Shown here: positions 1 to 9,339 of the stretch, one piece after another
Position numbering within the stretch: the stretch's first letter is position 1
Layout of the letters: each line of letters begins with the position of its first letter
Assembly (NCBI GenBank): GCA_037442005.1
Contig: JBBIRA010000001.1
Coordinates: 9,454-73,453, forward strand
Reading direction: 5' to 3'
Length of the DNA stretch: 64,000 nucleotides
Source of the DNA: Leptospirillum sp.
GTDB taxonomy: Bacteria; Nitrospirota; Leptospirillia; Leptospirillales; Leptospirillaceae
Notes under the pieces: model-generated
The model's input: the letters and a program-made list of their open reading frames with translations, nothing else
Database searches by the model: none
Told to the model about the DNA's origin: nothing
Made by a program: the position numbers and the translations under genes

Positions 1-551
1 ATGTTCTCGATTGGGTCCTGACGCAACGGTTGACTCCGATGTTCTCCTCTGATTTCGTCAGGGTGGAGAAGGGGTTTATTGCCGCCAGGATTCAGGAAGG
101 GGTATCGGGAAAAAAGACATATTGGACTATTTCCCGATTCGGCAGGGATACAACGGTGCGTTTCGATCATGCACAACACCTGTTCCCGGACCTGAAAAGA
201 TCCAGCGCCGTTATTGGATACAGACATAAAAACGGGTCTTTATATCTCTATCTGGCACCCGGCGACCGGGCCACTATTTTTCTGTCCCACAGGAAGCCCT
301 CTGTTCCTGTAATCCGTTCTGCCACGGGATACGTTTCGATGACACGCAGCCAGGATTCGTTCGCCATTGTGTATCATGGCTGGGAGGCGGGGAGTTCCCT
401 GGTCATCGGAAACCTTCCACCCGGGATCCGGATGCGCCGATCCCCCTGTCCAAGTGGAGATCATTGCACCCTTCGGTCCGGCTCTTCGGGCAATCTCAGG
501 GTTCGAAACCTCAAATCAGATATTCCGATAACCATTGAAGCGGTTCGATGA
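1..551 (+). CDS. pelA: PelA C-terminal part (Pel deacetylase/hydrolase), 5'-truncated by the window
   Basis: Frame is open from position 3 (VLDWVLTQRLTPMFSSDF..., like the PelA 'YDWALAQPL.P' segment) followed by 'VIGYRHKNGSLYLYL'; lies directly upstream of pelB/C/D/E/F/G homologues. Confidence 0.75.
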   Translation, partial: VLDWVLTQRLTPMFSSDFVRVEKGFIAARIQEGVSGKKTYWTISRFGRDTTVRFDHAQHLFPDLKRSSAVIGYRHKNGSLYLYLAPGDRATIFLSHRKPSVPVIRSATGYVSMTRSQDSFAIVYHGWEAGSSLVIGNLPPGIRMRRSPCPSGDHCTLRSGSSGNLRVRNLKSDIPITIEAVR

Positions 552-2560
552 ATATCCGCTCTGTATGGATCTGGATTTTTTTTTCCGTTGTCCTGGTTTC
601 TGGCCTTTTTTTTATCCCGACCCGCTCGGAATATATTCGCCTGGCGGTCGCTTCCCATGAGTATGATCGGGCTCATCGTCTACTGAAGCCCTACCTGTCT
701 CCTCGCCAGCCGCCTCTCTGGGCGCTTTCCCTGGGAGCTGAGGTTGAGGTTCGCCGGGGGTACCCTGAAAGAGCGGCGCAATACCTTGAACGGTTATTAA
801 AAAAGACACCTCTGGATAATAAAATGCGGGCAGATCTGGCCCGTCTCTATCTCAGTATGAACGAGCCCAGGCGGGCACTTCTGCATTTTGCCTATCTGGC
901 CCGGGAGCAGAAAATTGACCTCCAGACATTTCATGAGGTTGTCCGGGTGGAAGATCTGCTGAACAAAAACCGGTCGGTTATTGCGCTTTATCATCAGATG
1001 CTGAAGAAGGCACCGGCGTCTCCTTCCCTCTGGAATGAGCTTGTCGAGTATGACAAGGCTTCAGGAAATCTCCTTGATGAGAAAAAAACGCTGGAAGAGC
1101 TTCTTTCCCGGAACCCTCATCGTGAGGACTACCTCCGGGAGATCATCGCGATGGATTATTCCCTCGGAGACTACCGTGGGGTTGTTTCGAAAATTCAGCA
1201 ACTGGTTGCCCTTCACGGAAACATGGGAGGGGATCTTGAAGACGGGATTCGTTCCTTTATGCATCTTGGAAAAGGGATTGAAGCGTTTCTTCTCTACCAG
1301 AAGTTGAAAAATGATGTGTCTTCACGTGATGCCCTGGAAGGAGTGGCCTGGATTTTCTATCACCATCACTACGAAACGCTGTCCCTGTCTGTTTTTGATG
1401 ATCTGGTCCGCCGTTATCCCATGGATCGCCGGTATCGGGACGATCAGGTCTGGCTTTCAGAAAAGCTTGGCTGGTTTTCCCGATCCCGAAAAGCCATTCT
1501 GGCTGAAGGTCGCCATGGTCTGGACCGTCCGGAAAATGTTCGGATCCGCATTTTGGATCTTGAAACACGATTCCACCGGCAGGGAAAAGCCCAACAAGAT
1601 CTTCTGACCTGGATGGGCGAGACCGGTGCTTCTCTTTCCGTCCTGAACCTTTATATCGATTTTTCCAAGGACCAGAATCATCTCCCGCTGGCCATCAGCC
1701 TCCTCCGGCAAGCGAATTCTCTTTATCCGGGCCGGGAGGATCTGCAAATGGAACTGGGTACTTTCTATGCCTGGAACAACGAGCCGGGAAAAGCGGGATC
1801 AATGTTTCTGTCTGAGTCTCTCTCTCATGATCAGGGACGCGAACGCCTTCTTCTGGCGGAGAAGAATTTCGAAGATGGCAATCGGAATGGTTCGGCGAAA
1901 GGAGTGCTGTTCCGGGTGGTTTTTCAGGATGGTCCCCAGGACTATCTGAATGATCTCGAACATCTGTTCCAGCTTTACAAAGAGTCTTCAGACCGGGGAG
2001 GTTTATCCCTTCTTTCCCGGGCGGCCAACCGTTTTCCTGAACATTTTTCTTCTCAGGAGGTGATGATTGCCCAGGAAGAGGTCTGGGCGAAAAAGATTCG
2101 CCCGGCAAAGAGGGAGATCGATCATCTGATCTCGGCTTTTCCCACAAACAGGGCGCTTTTGTTTGTCGCTTCCTCATGGTTTTCTGATCTGGGCGACCCT
2201 GACCTGTCCCTTCCGTATGACTGGAAACTTTACCGGATGATTCCTTCCGATCCAATGGGGGTGGCCCTTCTGATCAAACATCTCCGTTGGTCAGGGCACG
2301 AGCGCCAGGTCCCGAGTCTTTCCCGGCAGTTGTTGGTCCTCGACCCGCAAAATCCCCTTGCATTGTCGTATCTGGCCAATGACCGTTATTCCCGGGGGCA
2401 TTACAGGGAGTCGATCCGGTACTTCAGAAAACTGTTGGCATTGGGGGCGATCCGCCAGAAGGATCTGTACCACCTTGCCCGGGCTTATGATCAGATCGGA
2501 AACAGAAAAATGGCCGTCTTTTATTACAGGTCTGCGCTGAGGCGGCTTGATGCCTTGTAA
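548..2560 (+). CDS. pelB: PelB-like TPR scaffold (N-terminal half of PelB), N-terminal hydrophobic anchor
   Basis: 670 aa of TPR-like helical repeats, hydrophobic N-terminus, ATGA overlap with pelA, no beta-barrel. Confidence 0.7.
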   Translation: MNIRSVWIWIFFSVVLVSGLFFIPTRSEYIRLAVASHEYDRAHRLLKPYLSPRQPPLWALSLGAEVEVRRGYPERAAQYLERLLKKTPLDNKMRADLARLYLSMNEPRRALLHFAYLAREQKIDLQTFHEVVRVEDLLNKNRSVIALYHQMLKKAPASPSLWNELVEYDKASGNLLDEKKTLEELLSRNPHREDYLREIIAMDYSLGDYRGVVSKIQQLVALHGNMGGDLEDGIRSFMHLGKGIEAFLLYQKLKNDVSSRDALEGVAWIFYHHHYETLSLSVFDDLVRRYPMDRRYRDDQVWLSEKLGWFSRSRKAILAEGRHGLDRPENVRIRILDLETRFHRQGKAQQDLLTWMGETGASLSVLNLYIDFSKDQNHLPLAISLLRQANSLYPGREDLQMELGTFYAWNNEPGKAGSMFLSESLSHDQGRERLLLAEKNFEDGNRNGSAKGVLFRVVFQDGPQDYLNDLEHLFQLYKESSDRGGLSLLSRAANRFPEHFSSQEVMIAQEEVWAKKIRPAKREIDHLISAFPTNRALLFVASSWFSDLGDPDLSLPYDWKLYRMIPSDPMGVALLIKHLRWSGHERQVPSLSRQLLVLDPQNPLALSYLANDRYSRGHYRESIRYFRKLLALGAIRQKDLYHLARAYDQIGNRKMAVFYYRSALRRLDAL

Positions 2561-3971
2561 TCGTACGCAGCGGATCCTTTGGGCCGCCTTCTTTCTCCTG
2601 TGCTCTCTGGGAGTGGTTCCGGAGGGGAGCGCGGCTCCGGTTCCGCCAAAGAAAGAGCCACAAGCCAACAAACACGTTCAAGAGAAGATCAAGATTTTTC
2701 TCCACCTGGGTCTCCTCCGGCAGGCGCTACTCTTGTCCCGGCAATATCTTTCGGACCATCCGGATGACAGGGAGGGCTACTATCTTCTGGCCAGCGCCAC
2801 ATTCAAATCCGGGAACGCCAACAGAGCCCTGGCGGTTCTTGATCATGGACTCCTTCTTTTTCCGGGAGATGAAGATCTCCTGTATTTGAAGGCAACTATC
2901 CTGATGGGGGAGAAACACTATGGTCGCGCCCGTACTATTTTATTGTTTCTATACAAAAAACATCCGAATGATCGGGGAATTCAGCAGGATTTAAATGAAA
3001 CGCTTGTCAAAAGCGGTCTTGTCGAGCCGAATCAGATTCTGTCCACCAATTTCCTGCAGGCCACGGCAACCCAGCCCCCCCCCTCGCCTTCCATGTTACT
3101 CTTACCGACGCTGTCTCAGTGGAAACTCTCAAGTAATGTCTATTCCTTGCTTTATCCCGGGGGAACCTCACTGGTGGTGGATACACGGTTATCCACGCCA
3201 ATGGAGGGAGAGAGCCGGTTCTTTACCGGAAGAACCGAATACCTCGGATATTCCAGTGACTTCGGGAATGGAACGAATGCCTTCACCTATGCCGGGACAG
3301 AACTTTCTCTCGGAGAAGGCACCCATGTGGTTCTTGAAGCGGGCGATACCAGCGTTCGTCCGTCTGCGGGGCTTTATGGACGGATCGACAAGGTGGCCGG
3401 ACCGTTGTCCGTCTCACTGCAAGGGTTCGGGAACATGGTCTGGGGGGATTTCGGGGAAAGTATTGCTCAAAATGGTGTCGAGAATGGCATGGTTGCCACC
3501 GCTTCCTACCAGCTTCTCCCCAGACTGGGATTTTCAGCGGAGTACTGGTATTTTGACTACTTTCTGGAAAATGGGCAGATTCCTTATGGAAGCCTTCACA
3601 ACACGACGGGGATGTTTGACCTGAACCTTGCGCATATTCCCCAATTGGATCTGGTGGGAGGATATGATTCCTGGACGGAGATGTCTCCTCCGGACATTGC
3701 GGGCAGAGTGCCCATTTTGCCTGAGCAACGTTATTTTCTGTTGGGGATTTCGTTTGAAAAACAGTATGAGTCCCTATGGACGGTTACGGGGGAGTTCGGG
3801 GGATATGATGATATTTACCTTCATCTGGCTTCGTATGAAACGTCAGCGGGGATTTCGTATCAGCTGGGCCCCCGCTGGCAATTTTACTCCAATGGCTATT
3901 ATTTTAACCAGTCGACGCTCGTTTCCGGTTCTGTGGAATCCTTTATGGGGGGATTCCAGTTCTGGTTTTAA
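2547..3971 (+). CDS. PelB-like outer-membrane porin (signal peptide + short TPR + beta-barrel)
   Basis: Own signal peptide (..ILWAAFFLLCSLGVVPEGSA), 3-4 TPRs, amphipathic beta-strands, terminal beta-signal GFQFWF. Confidence 0.7.
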   Translation: MMPCNRTQRILWAAFFLLCSLGVVPEGSAAPVPPKKEPQANKHVQEKIKIFLHLGLLRQALLLSRQYLSDHPDDREGYYLLASATFKSGNANRALAVLDHGLLLFPGDEDLLYLKATILMGEKHYGRARTILLFLYKKHPNDRGIQQDLNETLVKSGLVEPNQILSTNFLQATATQPPPSPSMLLLPTLSQWKLSSNVYSLLYPGGTSLVVDTRLSTPMEGESRFFTGRTEYLGYSSDFGNGTNAFTYAGTELSLGEGTHVVLEAGDTSVRPSAGLYGRIDKVAGPLSVSLQGFGNMVWGDFGESIAQNGVENGMVATASYQLLPRLGFSAEYWYFDYFLENGQIPYGSLHNTTGMFDLNLAHIPQLDLVGGYDSWTEMSPPDIAGRVPILPEQRYFLLGISFEKQYESLWTVTGEFGGYDDIYLHLASYETSAGISYQLGPRWQFYSNGYYFNQSTLVSGSVESFMGGFQFWF

Positions 3972-3992
3972 TCTTTAACAAGAGGAGTTGAT

Positions 3993-4544
3993 GTGAAGGG
4001 ACCTGTTTCCGGGGCTTTTTTCTTCACCGTATTGTTCCTGTCGGTTTGTTTTCTTTCATCCTGCGAGACGGTTCCGGCTGACTACCAGGCGTCGAATACC
4101 GATCTTTCCTCTCTGAAGGTGGTTGTTTTACCATTCAGGAACCTGACAACGACTCCGGATGCAGGGAAGGCCGTAACCGCCCTGTTTGCCTCGGATCTAT
4201 TGATTCGTCATCCATTTACGCTTCTTCCACTTTCCCGTCAGGAGGCTATTTCCAGTCTCTTTTCTGACCAGTCCCTCTCCGCGCAAACGCGTGCCACTCT
4301 GAAATCGGAGGGTGGGGATGCGGCGCTAACCGGTGTTGTCTCTGAGTTCAATTACGAGGTGGGGGGATCGACAAGACCTGTGGTGGCTCTTTCCTGGTCT
4401 CTCATTTCGTTGCAAACGGGGAGGATTCTCTGGTCGGCGAATACATCCCGGATGGGATCGTGTTTCTGGACCTGCCGGGAAACGGTTTCCGGACTGGCGA
4501 GCAATCTGATCGACGAACAGGTTCGAAAGATCGTCAGGAAGTGA
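3993..4544 (+). CDS. pelC: PelC lipoprotein
   Basis: Lipobox LSSC; 'VVLPFRNLTTTPDAG', 'LTGVVSEFNY', 'TGRILWSA' PelC-type motifs; AGAGGAG RBS before GTG. Confidence 0.8.
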   Translation: MKGPVSGAFFFTVLFLSVCFLSSCETVPADYQASNTDLSSLKVVVLPFRNLTTTPDAGKAVTALFASDLLIRHPFTLLPLSRQEAISSLFSDQSLSAQTRATLKSEGGDAALTGVVSEFNYEVGGSTRPVVALSWSLISLQTGRILWSANTSRMGSCFWTCRETVSGLASNLIDEQVRKIVRK

Positions 4545-5395
4545 GAACGGGTTGCCGTCTCCGGTCCCTTCTGGTGGTTATGGCGGTTCTTCTGGGAGCC
4601 GGATGCACGGGTGGGCGCTCTCTCCCTGAGGGAACACCCTCATCCTATGCCGTCTACTATGGGGATCGTCCCCTTTACCAGCGTCTTGACCAGTATGATT
4701 GGGTCATTGTTCCGGATACGGTGGCTCCGGAGCGACATTCCCGGACGCGATTCTTTGCCTATCTGTCGATCGGGGAAGTCGATCAGGGTGGAAAGATGGA
4801 AAAAGCCCTTCAAAAACAGTTGGGGCAGAAGGGGTTTCGCAAGGTGGTTCTGGACAAAAACCAGGTCTGGCATTCATGGGTTTCAGATATGCGAAATCCC
4901 GTTTATTCCCGCCTGTTGAGAGAACGCATCGCAAGAGATGTCCGGTCGGGGTTTGGGGGGATTTTCTTCGATACGGTCGACTCTCCGCTTGAGTACCGTC
5001 GGGTACACCCGGGACAATCCCGAGGACTTAAAACCGCTCTGGTCCGCTTTATTCAAACGATTCACCGGGACTATCCGGGGATCAAGCTGATCCTGAACAG
5101 GGGATTTGAAATTCTCCCAGCGGTGGCTCCCGATTTGTCCGGAGTTCTGTTTGAGGATTTTTGCTCGAGGTATGATGATCAAAGCCATCGCTATCTCCGG
5201 GTTTCAGAGGCAGACAGGGAATCAGGGCTCGCATGGATCCGGCGCGCCCGACGCATTCACCCGGGACTTGTTGCCCTGTCACTGGATTATGGTGATCCCA
5301 AGGACAGGCCGTTAAAAGAGAAGTGTCGCAAAATGGCCTTTGACGCCGGGCTGATCCCCTATTTTTCGGACAGGAATCTCTATGAAACACCCTGA
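4541..5395 (+). CDS. Stand-alone endo-alpha-1,4-galactosaminidase-like lipoprotein (PelA hydrolase/GH166-GH114-like)
   Basis: Lipobox GAGC; 'YAVYYG', 'FAYLSIGE', 'GFGGIFFDTVDS', 'LILNRGFEILP', 'VLFEDF'; GTG overlaps pelC stop. Confidence 0.8.
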   Translation: MRTGCRLRSLLVVMAVLLGAGCTGGRSLPEGTPSSYAVYYGDRPLYQRLDQYDWVIVPDTVAPERHSRTRFFAYLSIGEVDQGGKMEKALQKQLGQKGFRKVVLDKNQVWHSWVSDMRNPVYSRLLRERIARDVRSGFGGIFFDTVDSPLEYRRVHPGQSRGLKTALVRFIQTIHRDYPGIKLILNRGFEILPAVAPDLSGVLFEDFCSRYDDQSHRYLRVSEADRESGLAWIRRARRIHPGLVALSLDYGDPKDRPLKEKCRKMAFDAGLIPYFSDRNLYETP

Positions 5396-5440
5396 TCCGG
5401 ATCAGCAGACACGTCCGCTCTTCCGGGAGGAGGCCGTTTC

Positions 5441-6883
5441 GTGTCCCGGGGGATAAGGAGAACGGGGAGCTTTATTCCCTATGCCGAGGCAGTCGGAGGG
5501 ATCCTTATTCTGTCCGCGGGACTTTACTGGTACGCGGGGACGGAGATTCTGGTCAATCCCCGATTCCACCCCTTTGAGATGGTCGTCCTCCTTGTTGCGG
5601 CCCGTTACGGTTTTTTGGCGGGAACGACCACGGCGATCATGGCTATCCTGACCTATTATGGAGTTCTTCTTTACCGGGATGGTCTGTCAAGCGTCTACCC
5701 CGCCGAGTTTTCCTTTTTATGGCCTTCGGTGTTCCTGTTTTCCGGGATGGTGCTGGGAGAGTTTCACGATGATGACCGTCTGAAACTCACGGAGGCCCGC
5801 CGGCAGATCGACCGGGAACGCGAGCAGGTCCAGACCAGTATTGTGCGACTCGAGGCACAGGAAAAGGCATTGTCTGAGCTTGAAAAACGCTTTTTACTCC
5901 AGCCGGAAACCGTCAGCACACTCTATGATGTGGGGCGTTCCATTAATATGGCCAACATGACAAGTCTTCCGATCGCCCTCTTGACGGGAATTGTCCGCTT
6001 TTCCCAGGTGGATGCGGCCAGCATCTATTGGAACAGGGGGGCTTTCTGGGAGCTTTCGGAGTCTGTGGGAACCGCTCACCGGGAGAAGCGGGTTCCCTTG
6101 ACCGGGGGGATCTGGGGAATGGCCCTTCAGAAGAAGAAGATCATTCTGCTCAAATCCCTGATCGAATCACAACCGGAAAGGGACCACATTCAGGACTCCT
6201 CCGGAAAGCCTGTCTCCCAGCCGCTTTTTGCGATTCCGGTCCTGGGGCGCAAGGGCGAGGTCCGGATGATGATAACGATTGAACATATCCCGTTTGAGAT
6301 GATGCTCCCCGAGCGTTTGCGTTTGCTTGAGATTATCGCAGACTGGGCATCCCATACCCTGGGAGAACTGGAAGAAAAGGAATCGGTCCATAAAAAGCTC
6401 CCCATCGATCCGCTGACGGGACTGTTCCAGAAGGCCTTTTTTTTCAGAAGAGCCAGGGAAGAACTCAAGAAAGCACAGCGCTACAGGCTGCCACTCTCTC
6501 TTCTCGAAATTGATTTCTATGCGGAGGACCCCAATAGCACCCTTCTTCTGGGCCATTCCTATCTTGAAGGATTACGGGATGTTCTTCCCCAGATCACGAG
6601 AGACACTGACGTGAATGGCACATCGGAGACAGGGGAAAAGCTCTGGATCCTGTTGACCGTCACCGACAGGGATGGAGCGGAAATCGTGGCTGACCGGTTT
6701 CGGAGACTGTTTCTTGAAAGGCGAGTGCAAAATGCGGTGGAGAAGGTTGGTGTCCGGGCCCTGGTGACGAGTTTTTCTCCCCGGGAAGGGAATGATCTCA
6801 CCCGTCTTGCCAACATGTTCATGGACCATCTGACTACGTTGGAAAGGGATCCTGCCAATGGGATTTTTGAAGCGACAACCTGA
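5441..6883 (+). CDS. pelD: PelD c-di-GMP receptor (TM + GAF + degenerate GGDEF)
   Basis: 4 N-terminal TMs, coiled coil, GAF, 'DPLTGL', I-site RDTD, no GGDEF motif; GGAGG RBS. Confidence 0.85.
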   Translation: MSRGIRRTGSFIPYAEAVGGILILSAGLYWYAGTEILVNPRFHPFEMVVLLVAARYGFLAGTTTAIMAILTYYGVLLYRDGLSSVYPAEFSFLWPSVFLFSGMVLGEFHDDDRLKLTEARRQIDREREQVQTSIVRLEAQEKALSELEKRFLLQPETVSTLYDVGRSINMANMTSLPIALLTGIVRFSQVDAASIYWNRGAFWELSESVGTAHREKRVPLTGGIWGMALQKKKIILLKSLIESQPERDHIQDSSGKPVSQPLFAIPVLGRKGEVRMMITIEHIPFEMMLPERLRLLEIIADWASHTLGELEEKESVHKKLPIDPLTGLFQKAFFFRRAREELKKAQRYRLPLSLLEIDFYAEDPNSTLLLGHSYLEGLRDVLPQITRDTDVNGTSETGEKLWILLTVTDRDGAEIVADRFRRLFLERRVQNAVEKVGVRALVTSFSPREGNDLTRLANMFMDHLTTLERDPANGIFEATT

Positions 6884-7859
6884 AAGTGTTTTTTTCCTGA
6901 CAACCGGAGCGCTTTTCCAGCTTTCGTCCCTTTGGGGAATTGGAGGGGCGACACCTTTTTTTCCTCTTTTTATCGGGCTTTTTGCCATCGGGTATCTTCT
7001 CTGGTTGCGGGGAACGCTCGCTCAAACAGGGGGTTTTCCCCGGGTTGTCCTGGGAGGGCTACCTCTCCTGGTGCCTTTTCTGGTGCCGGCTTTTTTTCTT
7101 GCAGGACTGGGGGTGTACTTCCTGTCCCATCGGAGTCCTGACCTCTTTTTGCAATCGGATTTTGTTGAATTCTATTCCCATCTCGTATTGCCGGGTACCG
7201 TTCTGTCTCCCGAAGAACGGATTGCCGAGATCCGAGCCTTGCAGCCTGCGGGGGATATCCTGCAGGGCGATGACCTGGCTCTCAAGCAATCGGTTCTGGC
7301 CTTGATCGGGGAAGAGGTGTCCGGGGATGTGGTTCGACTGCTTCAGGGGGCCAAAAATGATCCGGAAGATGAAATCCGGTTGATTGCAGCAACGCTTCTG
7401 ACACGGATTGAACATGCCTTCCGGGAGAAGATTGAGCGATTGAAGGTTCAAGTCGAGTCCGTTGAACGGGAACGTTTATTGGGAGAGGCGTATTTTGCCT
7501 ATGCGGATTCAGGGCTTCTGGTTGGAGCCCTCCGTCTCCGGGAAGTTCGCAGCGGACTGGAATGCTTCCTGAAAGTATTCAAACAGGGGGAGAGTCTGGC
7601 TGATACGCTTCTTGTAAGGGCTTCTCGTGAGGCCATCATGACCGGCGACAAGGCTTTCCTTGAAGAGGTGAGGCGGGTGGTGGCCCTGTCCGGTCGAGTC
7701 GAGATCAATGAGCAGATTCTGCTTACCGAACTGTTTGAAAGAAAAGACTATGTCTCTTTTTTCAGGTTGGCCGCTTCTTCTACCAATGAGTCGACCCATC
7801 ACTGGTACCGGCAATTGTCGGAATGGGAAGGGAGGATGGACTCTCTTGCCGGAGCCTGA
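6858..7859 (+). CDS. pelE: PelE inner-membrane protein
   Basis: N-terminal TMs then HEAT/TPR-like 'LLQGAKNDPEDEIRLIAATLL'; between pelD and pelF. Confidence 0.75.
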   Translation: MGFLKRQPESVFFLTTGALFQLSSLWGIGGATPFFPLFIGLFAIGYLLWLRGTLAQTGGFPRVVLGGLPLLVPFLVPAFFLAGLGVYFLSHRSPDLFLQSDFVEFYSHLVLPGTVLSPEERIAEIRALQPAGDILQGDDLALKQSVLALIGEEVSGDVVRLLQGAKNDPEDEIRLIAATLLTRIEHAFREKIERLKVQVESVERERLLGEAYFAYADSGLLVGALRLREVRSGLECFLKVFKQGESLADTLLVRASREAIMTGDKAFLEEVRRVVALSGRVEINEQILLTELFERKDYVSFFRLAASSTNESTHHWYRQLSEWEGRMDSLAGA

Positions 7860-9339
7860 GAATGACGCCGACATCTGTCTGATCCTCGAGGGGACCTACC
7901 CGTACGTCACGGGAGGCGTGTCCTCCTGGACACATCGTCTGATTACCCATTTGCCGGAATTCCGTTTCCATCTTTTCTGTCTCGTGGCTGATGGATCCCC
8001 CAAGTCCTGGGTGTACCCCAAACCTCAGAATGTCATCGGTCAGACGGATCTCGTATTGGTGGGCGATGAATCAGAAGAAGGGCTGTTTCAGCGGAAAGAA
8101 GGGCCATCACCGGATTTGTTCCGGAATGTTGAAGAATTCCATCACCGTCTTCTGACCGGAGACACTTCAGGATTTTCAGCCCTTTACCGTTCATTTCTGG
8201 AAGTTCCTGAAAAAAAACGGCTGTTCCATGGGTTAATGGAGAGCCATGAGTCCTGGGAGATCCTCAAGACATTTTATCAGACACAGTTCGGGGAGGAATC
8301 TTTCCTGGATTTTTTCTGGATGTGGAGAACCACCCATGCGCCCCTTTTCCGGGTTTTGTCGTCTGAGCTTCCCCGTGCCTCCTTGTATCATGCCATGTCG
8401 ACGGGATATGCCGGTATGCTGGGAGTGATGGGCTACTTATCCACCGGTCGTCCCCTTTTATTGACCGAACACGGGATTTATACACGGGAAAGGAAGATCG
8501 AGATCGCCCTGTCCGAGTGGATCGGCGGTCGGTTCCAGCGGGAAGGCAAGGTCCGGCCGGTCGATGAAACAATTCGGGGATTCTGGATGCGGATCTTTCA
8601 GAAAATGGGACGGATTGTCTATGACAATGCGGATCTGATCATCACGTTGTTTGAAGGGAACCGGCAGATTGAAATCAGGGATGGTGCGGATCCTGACCGT
8701 ATCCGGATCATCCCCAACGGAATCAGCGTTGGGGATCGGGCTCCGCGCTCCCTGAAGACGTCCGGCATTCCCCGGGTGATTGCCCTTGTGGGGCGCGTCG
8801 TTCCCATCAAGGATGTCAAAACCTTTCTTCAGGCCGCGAGGATTGTTCTCGATTCTGAACCGGAAACATTGTTCTGGGTCCTGGGACCGACGGATCATGA
8901 CAAGGATTATTTTCAGGAGTGTCTGGAACTTTCCCGGTTTCTTGAATTAGGCCCTTCAATCTCGTTTATGGGATCGGTCGACCTGTCCTCCTATTATCCC
9001 CGGATCGATCTTCTGGTCCTGACCTCGTTGTCAGAAGCGCAGCCTCTGGTGATCATGGAGGCGGGGGCGGAAGGGATCCCGGTCGTGGCCTCCCGTGTCG
9101 GAGCCTGTGAAGAGCTTCTCATGGGAAGGACTCCAGCCGACCGGTCGCTCGGACCGTCCGGGATCCTGACCGGTGTGGGGAACCCTCAGGAAACAGCTCT
9201 TGCGATGCTCGCCCTTGTCAGGGATCCCGAGAGGGCGTTTCGTTTCGGTATGGCCGGACGCAGACGAATGGATCTTTTTTATAAAGAACAGGATGTCTTT
9301 GACGCCTACCGGTCTTTATACCGGGAAAGGATTCCCTGA
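7846..9339 (+). CDS. pelF: PelF GT4 glycosyltransferase
   Basis: 'LEGTYPYVTGGVSSW', 'STGYAG', 'LLTEHGIYTRER', 'GRVVPIKDVKTF', 'SLSEAQPL'; TTG at 7846 after GGAGG (7831). Confidence 0.95.
   Translation: MPEPENDADICLILEGTYPYVTGGVSSWTHRLITHLPEFRFHLFCLVADGSPKSWVYPKPQNVIGQTDLVLVGDESEEGLFQRKEGPSPDLFRNVEEFHHRLLTGDTSGFSALYRSFLEVPEKKRLFHGLMESHESWEILKTFYQTQFGEESFLDFFWMWRTTHAPLFRVLSSELPRASLYHAMSTGYAGMLGVMGYLSTGRPLLLTEHGIYTRERKIEIALSEWIGGRFQREGKVRPVDETIRGFWMRIFQKMGRIVYDNADLIITLFEGNRQIEIRDGADPDRIRIIPNGISVGDRAPRSLKTSGIPRVIALVGRVVPIKDVKTFLQAARIVLDSEPETLFWVLGPTDHDKDYFQECLELSRFLELGPSISFMGSVDLSSYYPRIDLLVLTSLSEAQPLVIMEAGAEGIPVVASRVGACEELLMGRTPADRSLGPSGILTGVGNPQETALAMLALVRDPERAFRFGMAGRRRMDLFYKEQDVFDAYRSLYRERIP

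Noticed and set aside
2547-2560. Frameshift explanation for the split pelB
   Set aside because: The second ORF begins with its own signal peptide, which a simple frameshift would not produce
3075-3083. C9 tract in the PelB porin gene (also G9 at 21239-21247 in SNF2) as phase-variation sites
   Set aside because: Both are in frame, short and explained by proline codons
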